Notes under the pieces: model-generated | Databases searched by the model: none | Seen by the model: the letters and a program-made list of their open reading frames with translations, nothing else | Told to the model about the DNA's origin: nothing | Shown: in pieces, positions 20,785-30,521 of the stretch | Numbering within the stretch: position 1 is the stretch's first letter | Layout: each line of letters starts with the position of its first letter | Position numbers and translations under genes: made by a program | DNA from: a virus | Taxonomy: Duplodnaviria; Caudoviricetes | Direction: 5' to 3' (one strand) | Length of the DNA: 64,000 nucleotides | Virus record (IMG/VR): IMGVR_UViG_3300036770_003925 | Coordinates: 231 to 64,230 of that record

Positions 20785-20901
20785 ATGAAACATTACCTAA
20801 AAAAAATTTATCAAGCTCTCTTTGGTAAACTAATAAGAGAATATAAATTTCGGAAAAAGCTTAGAGAAATTAAAAAAAGAGATCCTTTTATTTATAAATA
20901 A
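20785..20901 (+). CDS. small basic protein (38 aa, ending KKRDPFIYK), not in ORF track
   Basis: ORF after late promoter; stop abuts next start. Confidence 0.6.
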   Translation: MKHYLKKIYQALFGKLIREYKFRKKLREIKKRDPFIYK

Positions 20902-20902
20902 C

Positions 20903-21544
20903 ATGACTAATATAAAAGATATATTAATAATAGGTGATAGTTTTGCCACAGACAGGGACCCAAACAATTCTTGGCTTGGCGTTTTAAATAAATGTTTTAT
21001 GGCTGACCTAAGGGGCGCCGGATACCCTGGTAATTCTTTTTGGCCAGTAAGAAATTTGTTTCATGAAGAAATTTCACAGAAAGTTCCTGACCTTCTTATT
21101 TTATGTCATACTTCCTACTATAGATATCCTTGCAAGGATAACAAATTTGGAGGATATAGAAGCGGCGATAAAGTTTTTACTACGTGGTATGAAAACTATT
21201 TTAATTTTGATTTTCACCTTTGGGCTAACATTAAATGGTACGAAGAATTAGATAATGCGCTTACAACTTATAACATACCTTATGTTATTCATTTTTTTTG
21301 TTTCGAAGAGGATACTAGGAACTATAAGTTTAAAAATGGAATTACAAGTGTAGAAGATTTATACAGTATTCAAAAAATATGCGAAAAGCTTCATTCGTGT
21401 GACCCCTGTCTGATACATAATCATTTTTGTTATGAAGATAATATTAAAATCGGCAAGAAACTTCATGAAAAAATCAATCATATTGAACCTTATTTAAACG
21501 GGTGTATAATCGATTTTGAATTATCAAAAATATATGAAAAATGA
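20903..21544 (+). CDS. SGNH-like protein
   Basis: IIGDSFA, GYPGNS, C-terminal NH. Confidence 0.55.
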   Translation: MTNIKDILIIGDSFATDRDPNNSWLGVLNKCFMADLRGAGYPGNSFWPVRNLFHEEISQKVPDLLILCHTSYYRYPCKDNKFGGYRSGDKVFTTWYENYFNFDFHLWANIKWYEELDNALTTYNIPYVIHFFCFEEDTRNYKFKNGITSVEDLYSIQKICEKLHSCDPCLIHNHFCYEDNIKIGKKLHEKINHIEPYLNGCIIDFELSKIYEK

Positions 21545-23016
21545 ATTTTATTGGTATCAGCAACGGATTTCATGATGCAGCAGCTAGTATAATAAATGAA
21601 AACGGCAATATACTTTTTGCAGGGCATAGTGAGCGTTATAGTAAAATAAAACACGATAAAGATTTATCAGTTGGACTAGTTAATGATTTATTGAATTATG
21701 CAACAGACCAATCTACAATTCATTATTATGAAAGACCAATATTTACTTCTTTAAGGCAACTTATTGCAGGTCAGTCTGTTGATTTTGAAACAGTGAAAAC
21801 TAGAATAGGTAAAACGTATCTAGAAACGATTAAACCTCAAAGAATTTACGCACATAATCATCATTTAAGTCATGCCGCTGCGGGGTTTCAAACCAGTCCA
21901 TTTAATGATGCCACTGTAGTTATTATCGATGCTATTGGAGAACTTGATTGCATATCTATATGGAAAGCTTATTATGACATAGATGGGTATGCACGTTATA
22001 AAAAATTATATTCAAAAAAATATCCTAATAGTATAGGATTGTTTTATAGCGCAATGACACAAAAGGTTGGATTAAAACCATTAGACGAAGAATATATATT
22101 GATGGGTATGAGTGCATACGGGACTCCTAAATACACAGGTGATATGCTAAAGTTTTTTGATAATGTTAGTAACATTGAATTTAATACTAATCTACATATT
22201 GGCTGTGATGAAAGTTTTTTACCTGATGCAGACGTAATGGATATAGCAAGTAGTGCACAAATGGTTACCGAACAACTTATAGAGTTTGTAATTAGTAAAG
22301 CAAAACATTTAGGTAATAGCAATAATTTAGTTTATGGTGGAGGTGTAGCGTTAAATTGTTTAGCCAATCGCAATTTAGGAAACTTTTTTGATAACATTTG
22401 GATTATGCCCAATCCAGGTGATGCTGGTAGTAGTTTAGGCGCCGCTGCATTGGGTTATAGGAAAAGAGTAGAATGGATTAACGCATTTTTAGGTTATGAC
22501 ATTAAGGGATCATATCCGACCAATCAGATTATAGATGGATTGTTAAAAGATAAAATAGTAGGAGTTGCTAATGGACGTGCAGAGTTTGGCCCACGGGCAT
22601 TAGGCAATCGTAGTTTATTGGCAGATCCACGTGGTCAAGAAATTAAAGATAAGGTCAATGAAATTAAACGTAGACAAAAGTTTAGACCATTTGCACCAGT
22701 TATTTTAGAAGAATATGTTGATCAATATTTTGTAATGCCTAACGGATTTAATACAAGTCCTTATATGCAGGTAGTTGCAAAGTGTAAGAAACCAGAGTTG
22801 TTTCCTGCAATTATACACCATGATGGGACGAGCAGAGTGCAAACCGTAGGTAAAGATAATACAGGAATACGTGAATTATTAGAAAAATGGTACATCCTAA
22901 CTGAATGTCCAATGTTATTAAACACTTCACTTAATATACGTGGTGAACCAATGGTCAATGATAGAACTGATGCAGATCGTTTTGAAAAACTATATGGAGT
23001 AAAAGTCTATTCATAA
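21541..23016 (+). CDS. carbamoyltransferase (NodU/CmcH/TobZ family)
   Basis: HDAAA, HHLSHAA, GGVALNC, PGDAG, EFGPRALGNRSLLADP, FRPFAP, DGTSRVQTV, LNTSLN. Confidence 0.92.
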   Translation: MNFIGISNGFHDAAASIINENGNILFAGHSERYSKIKHDKDLSVGLVNDLLNYATDQSTIHYYERPIFTSLRQLIAGQSVDFETVKTRIGKTYLETIKPQRIYAHNHHLSHAAAGFQTSPFNDATVVIIDAIGELDCISIWKAYYDIDGYARYKKLYSKKYPNSIGLFYSAMTQKVGLKPLDEEYILMGMSAYGTPKYTGDMLKFFDNVSNIEFNTNLHIGCDESFLPDADVMDIASSAQMVTEQLIEFVISKAKHLGNSNNLVYGGGVALNCLANRNLGNFFDNIWIMPNPGDAGSSLGAAALGYRKRVEWINAFLGYDIKGSYPTNQIIDGLLKDKIVGVANGRAEFGPRALGNRSLLADPRGQEIKDKVNEIKRRQKFRPFAPVILEEYVDQYFVMPNGFNTSPYMQVVAKCKKPELFPAIIHHDGTSRVQTVGKDNTGIRELLEKWYILTECPMLLNTSLNIRGEPMVNDRTDADRFEKLYGVKVYS

Positions 23017-23025
23017 GTATATTTT

Positions 23026-26000
23026 ATGATTAGAGATGTTTTTTATTACGGCAACAAACCCAACGTACACCCAAGAGAAAAGTTCGCAAAAAACTTAGCT
23101 GATGCTAGACAGCAGTCTGTCACTGAGCATTTTTGGATAATCAATGAATTTTGTGATTATAAAGACTTTGATTGGGAATTTGATTTTGATTACTTACCTG
23201 ATGAAGATGTATGGGCACAAGATCATAATAACATATGGCCAAGTACACATCAAAAAGATAGTGGCACATGGTTATGTCCAAAAGAGCATAGTGATATATT
23301 GATTTATCGTGCCGATGTAAATCCTATTAAACGTAAACAGTTGGTTAGTGGACATTGGAAACTACTTGATAATGTTGATACCAGTAAATGGGATTTTAGT
23401 TGGCATCCTGATCCTACTGATCCTCCGTATATATACCATTGGGGATGCAAGTTTTTCCCTGTAGAATTTAAGCATGTATTAGAATATCATGTTGAAAATG
23501 CTACAAAAATAAAGTATATGGAAAACATTGTCGAATTGTTACCTAGTGAATGTTTAAAAGAATACATTAAAGTTGACAAAAATAAGTTTGATATTAGTTG
23601 GAGACCAGACCCACGTGACGAACCATATATCTATGTATGGGGTAATAAATATATTCCAGGAGAAATACAATCAACTATAGAGTATCATGTACCTGGTGCC
23701 ACTGATAAGAAGTATATGGGTGTTGCTGAAGTATTACCTGAATATGAAAAATGGCATGAGTATGTTAAAGTAGATAAAACAAAATTTGATATGTCATGGA
23801 GACCAGATCCACGTGAACCTGCATACATTTATGTGTGGGGAAACAAATATATTTCAGGTGAAGAACGACCTACATTAGAATATCACACACCTAGTGCTAT
23901 AGAACGTAAGTATATGGGTGTTGTTGATCTTGAACCACAATGGGATCGTTGGCATGAATATCAAAAAATTGACAGAACAAAGTTTGATTTGACATGGCGT
24001 CCAGATAACTTGTATGAAGATCCATATATCTATGTATGGGGTAACAAATATGTACCAGCAGAAATACAACCTACATTAGAATATCACACACCTAGTGCTA
24101 TAGAACGTAAATATATGGGTAATATTGAAGTATTACCTGAACGTGAAAAATGGCATGAATATGCTAAAATAGATAAAACAACTTTTGATTTAACATGGAG
24201 ACCTGATCCACGTGAACCACCTTATATCTATGTATGGGGAAATAAATGGATAGCAAGTGAGTTAGAACCGACAATAACTTATACGTGTGATAATGCTACA
24301 GAAATAAAATACATGTCTGAACTAGTTGAAGTGTTACCTCAATTTGAACGTTGGGTAGAAAATCAATTAATTGATAGGACTAAATTTGATATGTCATGGA
24401 GACCTGATCCACGTGAACCTCCTTATATCTATGTATGGGGTAATAAGTATATTCCTGCTGAGATAGAATCTACCCTAGAATATCATTGTCCAAACGCAAC
24501 AGAACGGAAGTATATGGGCAATATCGAAGTGCTTCCTGAGTTACATCGCTGGGTAGAAATACAATCGATAGATAAAACATTATTTGATTTAAGTTGGAGA
24601 CCTGATCCACGTGAACCTCCTTATATATATGTATGGGGTAATAAGTATATTCCCGGTGAGTTGCAGTCAACGATAGAATACCACACGCCTAATGCAGTTG
24701 ATAAAAAATACATGGGTGATGTTGTAGTGACTCCAGAAACATCACGGTGGAATATAATTCAACAACCTAAAAACTTTGATTTGAGTTGGCGTCCAGATCC
24801 AAGAGAACCTGCATATATTTATGTATGGGGTAATAAACATATTCCAGGGGAGTTACTATCTACAATAGAGTACCATACACCCAATGCCACTGAGAAAAAA
24901 TATGTTGGGGAAGTTGAAGTAGAACCTGAATACGAACGTTGGAATATAGTACAGCAAGTAACAGAGAGTTTTGATTTGACATGGAGACCAGATCCACGTG
25001 AACCTCCGTACATCTATGTATGGGGTAACAAGTATATTCCTGGTGAGTTGCAACCAACAATTGAATATCATACTCCTAATGCGGTTGAACGAAAGTACAT
25101 GGGTGTTGTTGATGTTCTTCCCGAAAATAATTGGAAAATTACACAAACTATTGATGTAAGTAAGTTTGATTTATCATGGAGACCTGACCCAAGAGAACCT
25201 GCATACATATATACTTGGGGTAACAAATATGTACCAGCCGAAATATTACCTACATTAGAATATTATTGTGAAGGTGCTATTGAAAGAAAATACATGGGTG
25301 ATGTTGAAGTTATACCTGAGTTTAATCGTTGGGTAGAAATACAACCGATTGATAAAACTAAATTTGATTTAACATGGAGACCTGACCCACGTGAACCTCC
25401 TTATATCTATATTTGGGGTAATAAACATATCTCGGCTGAACTAAAATCTACACTAGAATATCATACTCCAGGAGCAACTGATAAAAAATATGTGGGGAAT
25501 GTAGAAGTTATCCCACTAAGTGAAAATTATAAAATTACACAACAAGTAAGTAATTTTGATTTTACGTGGAGACCTGATCCTAGAGAGCCTGATTATATCT
25601 ATGTATGGGGTAACAAATATATACCTGGGGAATTACTTCCTACGATTGAATATTATTGCCCTAATGCTATTGAGCGTAAGTATATGGGTGACGTTGAAGT
25701 AACTCCTGAATGGGACAAGTATAAAATACTCATACCCGTAGATAAAACTAGTTTTGATTTTGCATGGAGACCTGATCCACGTGAACCTCCTTATATCTAT
25801 GTTTGGGGTAATCAAAGTAACAGTGCTCAAGTAGAACCTACTATTGAATATCATTGTCTAAACGCTACTGAACGAAAATATATGAACGATAAAGTAGCTA
25901 AAACTATACCAAACATTGAGAATTATAAAGTATTAATTAATACAGTGGATTTTGACTATAGTTGGAGACCTGACCCAGGAAGCCCTCCCTACATTTATGT

Positions 26001-28677
26001 ATTCGGCAACCAATGGCATGATGCAATGACTGAGCCTACTGTAGAGTATCATACCCCCGGGGCTACCGATAGAAAATATATAACTGATATTATCGCTAAG
26101 GTTAATCCTACACAAGAAAATTGGAAGACATTAATTCCAGTGACTGGTTTTGATTATAGTTGGAGACCAAACCCGCATAGTAGTCCTTATATTTACGTAT
26201 TCGGTAATCAATGGAATCCTATAGAATTAGAACACACGGTTGAATATCATGTACCAGGCGCTACTGATTACAAGTATATAACAGATATTATTGCTAAGTT
26301 AAAACCAACCAACACAGAAAAGCATTGGAAACAACTTATTCCTGTTGAAAGTTTTGATTATAGTTGGAGACCAGACCCAAGAGAACCTGCACTAATATAT
26401 GTATTTGGTAATAAATGGAATGATGCTAAAACAGAACCTACTATAGAGTACCATTGTGAAGGTGCAACCGAAAGAAAATATTTAGATTTTCCTGTTGCCG
26501 TTCCTCAAACAATTTTTAAATATTGGTCTATTAGTAACAATGATGATTTAGAAACTTTTGATTTTAGTTGGAGACCAAACCCATTTAGTCAACCACAGAT
26601 ATACCAATGGGAAAACAACGGCCCAAGGTATACAGTTCCCGAGGCAACAGAAGTAGTTTTAATGAAGCGAGATGGTACAAACAATAAGCAAATTATTAAT
26701 CGTTATTATATTAATACCACACTGGAACAACTGATCAATGAGCATCCTGACGAGGTTTTTTGGGCACTGAACCCTGACTTAAACTATGATAAATTTGATT
26801 TTAGTTGGCGTCCGAACGAAGAAAACTTTAGACATATTAATGTATTTGGTAATCAATATAGTAAAAACACTCATACATATTATGTGAATGGACCCATGTA
26901 TGTATTAGGACACCGCGAATACAATTATGTTACAGATAATATAGTTACTGCTGAAACAAATTTAAGTATGTTTTTTGTTGATAAAGGGAATAAAGAAAGC
27001 AATGATAGATATGAACACCTTAAAGATAGATATCCAAACATACAAAAAACACGATATATAAATAGTTGGGTCGATACTATAAATCGATGTATCAATAAAT
27101 CACAAACAAAATTGTTTTGGATAGTAAGCAGTGAATTGGATTATAATGGTTTTGAATTTGACTTTTATCCAAGTCCATGGCAAGAAAAAATGGTTCATGT
27201 GTTTGGTACACAATGGAGCCATTGGGGCAATACTTACTTAATAAACAAAGAGACATTTGTTGAAGACACTAAATACGTAAAAATCATAGAACATTTATCT
27301 TGTTTAAATTTTGTAAAAACTAAGAGAGCTAAAGCTGTTAATGTCTTATATGATACCGTGCTTATTGATCATGGAAATGATATATCTATCACAAATAAGT
27401 TAAATGACAAAGAACTATTAATTGTAAAATATGAGGGTAGTTATTTAGAAACTTTTAAAAAAGTTTGTAAGTTATTACCTGAGAAAAGAGATCATTATAT
27501 TTGGGTAATAAGTTCAGTATGTGATTACACAGATTTTGATTTTTCTTATGTATGTGATCCTTTTGCAAAAGATCAATTACATGTTTTTCCTAGTGACAAA
27601 CAAAAGTTTGGGGATACATTTTTAGTTGATGTTAATAAGTTAAAAGTCATGTTGAATGAGATGAATCGTTTAAGTGATTACGTAAAGATTAATTTTAACA
27701 ATCATCAAACTGTTAAGCGAATATCTCCTCCCGAGTTTATAACAGAAGAAACACACATTAATTTTAAAAATTTTGATTATAATTTTCCCTACGCAGTATT
27801 TAAAACTAATGATTGTTTGTTAACTCGTTGTGATGAAGAACCTATGAATTTATGGTCTAATACTGAAAAAAATATAATTATAACCGTAGAAGGTGGGTCA
27901 AGAGTTATTATACCAAAATTAGCAAATGATTATGTTAAAACTGAATTATATGATTATCCTTATATTGTAAGAAGTAAAAAATTATTTGATCCCAGTACTA
28001 TGGATATTATTTTTGTTAGTAACCAAGAATTGTGTGCTGAAAGCAATTATAATTTTTTGCAAGAATTCATCAATAATTCTAGCAATAAGTTAAATAGGAT
28101 TAAAAATATAAATGGAAGAACTGAAGCACTGAAAGCGGCCGCGACATTAAGCACTACACCATGGTTTTTTGTTGTTCCTGGTAAACTTAAAATAGACAAA
28201 TCTTTTAATTTTAATTATCAACCTGACAGATTACAGATTCCTAAGCATTATATTTTTAATGCTATAAATCCAGTGACTGGGCTCACATATGGTCATCAAG
28301 GTATGGTACTCTATAACAAGAACTTAGTTCTTAATAACAATGGGAATTCTTTAGATTTTACTATGCATGATCCACACCAAGTAGTAGATTTAATATCTGG
28401 TACAGCAACAGGAGATACAGATAATTATAGTACTTGGAGAACTGCATTTAGAGAATGTATAAAATTAAATTATTATGTTGAATTTTTCTTAGATAAGATG
28501 AGTAAAGAGCGTTTAAATATATGGCTCACTGTTGGCAATGGTAAATATGGTGCTGATAGTATTAAAGGAGCAAATGATGCTTTAGAGTTTTATCAATCAG
28601 TTGATGGGGATTTGAACGAACTTAAAAAGACTTACAGTTGGGATTTTTGTAAACAATATTATGATAGCAAATATTAG
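23026..28677 (+). CDS. 1883-aa protein: 17 tandem Trp/Pro/Tyr-rich repeats plus C-terminal glycosyltransferase-like domain(s)
   Basis: Repeat FD-x-SWRPDPREPPYIYVWGNK; C-terminus aligns by eye with 6151..7101. Confidence 0.75.
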   Translation: MIRDVFYYGNKPNVHPREKFAKNLADARQQSVTEHFWIINEFCDYKDFDWEFDFDYLPDEDVWAQDHNNIWPSTHQKDSGTWLCPKEHSDILIYRADVNPIKRKQLVSGHWKLLDNVDTSKWDFSWHPDPTDPPYIYHWGCKFFPVEFKHVLEYHVENATKIKYMENIVELLPSECLKEYIKVDKNKFDISWRPDPRDEPYIYVWGNKYIPGEIQSTIEYHVPGATDKKYMGVAEVLPEYEKWHEYVKVDKTKFDMSWRPDPREPAYIYVWGNKYISGEERPTLEYHTPSAIERKYMGVVDLEPQWDRWHEYQKIDRTKFDLTWRPDNLYEDPYIYVWGNKYVPAEIQPTLEYHTPSAIERKYMGNIEVLPEREKWHEYAKIDKTTFDLTWRPDPREPPYIYVWGNKWIASELEPTITYTCDNATEIKYMSELVEVLPQFERWVENQLIDRTKFDMSWRPDPREPPYIYVWGNKYIPAEIESTLEYHCPNATERKYMGNIEVLPELHRWVEIQSIDKTLFDLSWRPDPREPPYIYVWGNKYIPGELQSTIEYHTPNAVDKKYMGDVVVTPETSRWNIIQQPKNFDLSWRPDPREPAYIYVWGNKHIPGELLSTIEYHTPNATEKKYVGEVEVEPEYERWNIVQQVTESFDLTWRPDPREPPYIYVWGNKYIPGELQPTIEYHTPNAVERKYMGVVDVLPENNWKITQTIDVSKFDLSWRPDPREPAYIYTWGNKYVPAEILPTLEYYCEGAIERKYMGDVEVIPEFNRWVEIQPIDKTKFDLTWRPDPREPPYIYIWGNKHISAELKSTLEYHTPGATDKKYVGNVEVIPLSENYKITQQVSNFDFTWRPDPREPDYIYVWGNKYIPGELLPTIEYYCPNAIERKYMGDVEVTPEWDKYKILIPVDKTSFDFAWRPDPREPPYIYVWGNQSNSAQVEPTIEYHCLNATERKYMNDKVAKTIPNIENYKVLINTVDFDYSWRPDPGSPPYIYVFGNQWHDAMTEPTVEYHTPGATDRKYITDIIAKVNPTQENWKTLIPVTGFDYSWRPNPHSSPYIYVFGNQWNPIELEHTVEYHVPGATDYKYITDIIAKLKPTNTEKHWKQLIPVESFDYSWRPDPREPALIYVFGNKWNDAKTEPTIEYHCEGATERKYLDFPVAVPQTIFKYWSISNNDDLETFDFSWRPNPFSQPQIYQWENNGPRYTVPEATEVVLMKRDGTNNKQIINRYYINTTLEQLINEHPDEVFWALNPDLNYDKFDFSWRPNEENFRHINVFGNQYSKNTHTYYVNGPMYVLGHREYNYVTDNIVTAETNLSMFFVDKGNKESNDRYEHLKDRYPNIQKTRYINSWVDTINRCINKSQTKLFWIVSSELDYNGFEFDFYPSPWQEKMVHVFGTQWSHWGNTYLINKETFVEDTKYVKIIEHLSCLNFVKTKRAKAVNVLYDTVLIDHGNDISITNKLNDKELLIVKYEGSYLETFKKVCKLLPEKRDHYIWVISSVCDYTDFDFSYVCDPFAKDQLHVFPSDKQKFGDTFLVDVNKLKVMLNEMNRLSDYVKINFNNHQTVKRISPPEFITEETHINFKNFDYNFPYAVFKTNDCLLTRCDEEPMNLWSNTEKNIIITVEGGSRVIIPKLANDYVKTELYDYPYIVRSKKLFDPSTMDIIFVSNQELCAESNYNFLQEFINNSSNKLNRIKNINGRTEALKAAATLSTTPWFFVVPGKLKIDKSFNFNYQPDRLQIPKHYIFNAINPVTGLTYGHQGMVLYNKNLVLNNNGNSLDFTMHDPHQVVDLISGTATGDTDNYSTWRTAFRECIKLNYYVEFFLDKMSKERLNIWLTVGNGKYGADSIKGANDALEFYQSVDGDLNELKKTYSWDFCKQYYDSKY
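23380..26640 (+). repeat. coding tandem repeat array, 17 units of 192-204 nt
   Basis: Conserved TGG of the W-R/H-P motif at 23401, 23599, 23797, 23995, 24196, 24397, 24595, 24787, 24982, 25177, 25375, 25567, 25765, 25963, 26161, 26365 and 26569. Confidence 0.9.
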
Positions 28678-29297
28678 TGTTTTACCCAAATACACATGTA
28701 TCTGTCATAAATTTCACAATCAATATTACCTTCGAAAACTACACGATTGGGAACATGATTCATCAACTTGAAGTCATTTAAGGATTTGCTGCAACGTATG
28801 TGTTCGTCACAATTAAAAAAATTATTCCCTTGAATTAGTACAATAGTTTTGTTTGGTATATTTTTATACCAAACATCGTATGTTTGTTGAGTGATGTGTT
28901 CTGTACTAGTGTTAATAACTAAATTTGGTTGCTGCTGATAAGAAAATGTAGCCATATCTTCAGTGATTGAGGTAAATTGTTGTTTATGTGGTTCACATAT
29001 GATATTACTTATATCTCTACACCATGGGTCAATGTCGATACTAGTGATATGTTCTATGGGGTAAGTACTGGATTGAAACATAATACTTGCAAGAACTCCT
29101 ATCCATCCGCCAAAAATTACAATATTGGTTGGTTTATCAATATAATTGTTGCATATATCAACTAGCCAAACCTTGCTTTTTATTTGTCCATACCAAAATG
29201 CATCTAATGCTCTATTTTTTTGATCATTAGGTAAGTTTCTTATGGCATTAAACCAATAAATTAAATCGGTGGGGTTCATCATTATTTTAGTATTCAT
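28674..29297 (-). CDS. SAM-dependent methyltransferase-like protein
   Basis: GQIKSKVW, IFGGWIG, SIDID, INTSTEH. Confidence 0.7.
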   Translation of the reverse strand: MNTKIMMNPTDLIYWFNAIRNLPNDQKNRALDAFWYGQIKSKVWLVDICNNYIDKPTNIVIFGGWIGVLASIMFQSSTYPIEHITSIDIDPWCRDISNIICEPHKQQFTSITEDMATFSYQQQPNLVINTSTEHITQQTYDVWYKNIPNKTIVLIQGNNFFNCDEHIRCSKSLNDFKLMNHVPNRVVFEGNIDCEIYDRYMCIWVKH

Positions 29298-29347
29298 TAT
29301 TTTATTTAAAGATTATATTTGTTACATAATTTTTTACTAAGTAGAAG

Positions 29348-29542
29348 ATGTTCACTACTAAAAATCCAAGATTCATTAAATTTGCAAAGCAAGCAGGCAT
29401 AGAATTATCTGAAGAAATAGAACTTTTTGCTGAATTAGTAGCCGAAGAGTGTGCTGATATTGCAGAGAATACTTGGGAAGTAAATTTGCCTGCTGCCCCC
29501 GTTATAAGAAGACATTTTAACATACCCGAACCAAAGCGTTAA
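29348..29542 (+). CDS. hypothetical phage protein
   Basis: FAELVAEECADIA motif common in small phage ORFs. Confidence 0.5.
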   Translation: MFTTKNPRFIKFAKQAGIELSEEIELFAELVAEECADIAENTWEVNLPAAPVIRRHFNIPEPKR

Positions 29543-29557
29543 TTTCATAAATACTGT

Positions 29558-30118
29558 ATGCGTAGTTATGAATTTATTATTGAAGGTCGTGAAGGATACT
29601 TATATCACGGTATGGAATTGGATAAAGCTATAAATGTCTTTAAAAACGACATGATACCTGCGATGTGGGAACATAATATACCAGGTATAGGTAGAATTAA
29701 AGGTAATAGTTTTACTAGAAACAAGTTGTTGCGTTGGGGATTTGTGAAACTAACAGTAGACCAACAAAAGTTAGCACAGAATAATAAAATTATTCCGTTG
29801 GATGCGGATTATGTTCATCTACAAAAATTTAACAAATCAGAAAAACCTATACCATGGAATGCTAAAATAAGTGATAGAAATCAGATAAGTCCACATACAT
29901 GGTTTAAAAAAACTCCTGAGGAATTTTTACAAGAAGAATTTGTAATTGGCGATATTAAGAATTTACATATTAAGCTAGTACAGATTGAGTTAAGATTAGA
30001 CACAAAATTTACACACAATTTAGGGATGTACCCAAAAGACAATTTGTTAGAGCTGCCAAATATGTTAAAGAATATGCTTATAAATATAATAACCCATTTG
30101 TTATTGACAAAGGGATAA
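29558..30118 (+). CDS. putative capsid-packaged protein, possible ADP-ribosyltransferase-like fold
   Basis: N-terminal MRSYEFIIE; LYHG...SFTR...QEEFV arrangement; late promoter 4 nt upstream. Confidence 0.45.
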   Translation: MRSYEFIIEGREGYLYHGMELDKAINVFKNDMIPAMWEHNIPGIGRIKGNSFTRNKLLRWGFVKLTVDQQKLAQNNKIIPLDADYVHLQKFNKSEKPIPWNAKISDRNQISPHTWFKKTPEEFLQEEFVIGDIKNLHIKLVQIELRLDTKFTHNLGMYPKDNLLELPNMLKNMLINIITHLLLTKG

Positions 30119-30132
30119 AGGTAAAGTAGTAT
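30104..30132 (+). promoter_or_regulatory. sigma70 promoter of the tmRNA gene
   Basis: TTGACA-17 nt-TAGTAT. Confidence 0.7.
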
Positions 30133-30138
30133 TGTAGG

Positions 30139-30520
30139 TATTGTTGTATGAAGTTGATGGAAAAGTGCTGCGGACGGGGGTTCAATTCCTCCCAGGTCCA
30201 CCAAAAAGTAATTTAATGGAGTCAGTTAAAAAATTTATAGATAAACAATTAAACAAGATTGATATTGATAGACAACGAGAGTTGATTATAAAACAGGCTT
30301 GTGAAATTGATAAACAAACTGAAATAATCTCAAAGTTATTTTTTGAAGGGCCTGATTCTGGTTTCGACGGGGTAAAGAGTACGGATATGGACAACACGGT
30401 AGGCGATCTCCGTAAAAGAAGCAAATATAATAGACGCAAATGACGACTATTTTTATCAGGAAGTTAAGCTAGCCGCTTAACCCTGACGGGGCAGGAAAGG
30501 CCTTGTTATCAAACAAACCA
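30139..30520 (+). ncRNA. ssrA: circularly permuted (two-piece) tmRNA gene: acceptor piece ending CCA at 30203, intervening segment 30204-30347, coding piece from 30348, tag ANDDYFYQEVKLAA (30436-30480)
   Basis: T-arm GGGTTCAATTCC followed by CAGGTCC-A-CCA; downstream GGGCCTG pairs with it giving G3:U70; GATTCTGGTTTCGAC D-loop-like segment; tag ORF starts GCA-AAT-GAC and ends LAA-stop. Outer ends approximate. Confidence 0.88.
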
Positions 30521-30521
30521 G

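Noticed and set aside
23380-26640. CRISPR array or DGR template suggested by recurring TGGAGACCTGATCCACGTGAACC
   Set aside because: Repeats are in-frame, vary at synonymous positions, and the intervening sequences are themselves homologous; no cas or reverse transcriptase gene in the window.
30171-30203. Standalone tRNA gene
   Set aside because: Only a T-arm and 3' acceptor strand; the pairing 5' strand lies downstream at 30348, as in a permuted tmRNA.
30141-30443. 100-aa ORF from the track as an ordinary gene (and its antisense ORFs)
   Set aside because: It overlaps both tmRNA pieces; only the part from ATG 30216 is kept, as a hypothesis.
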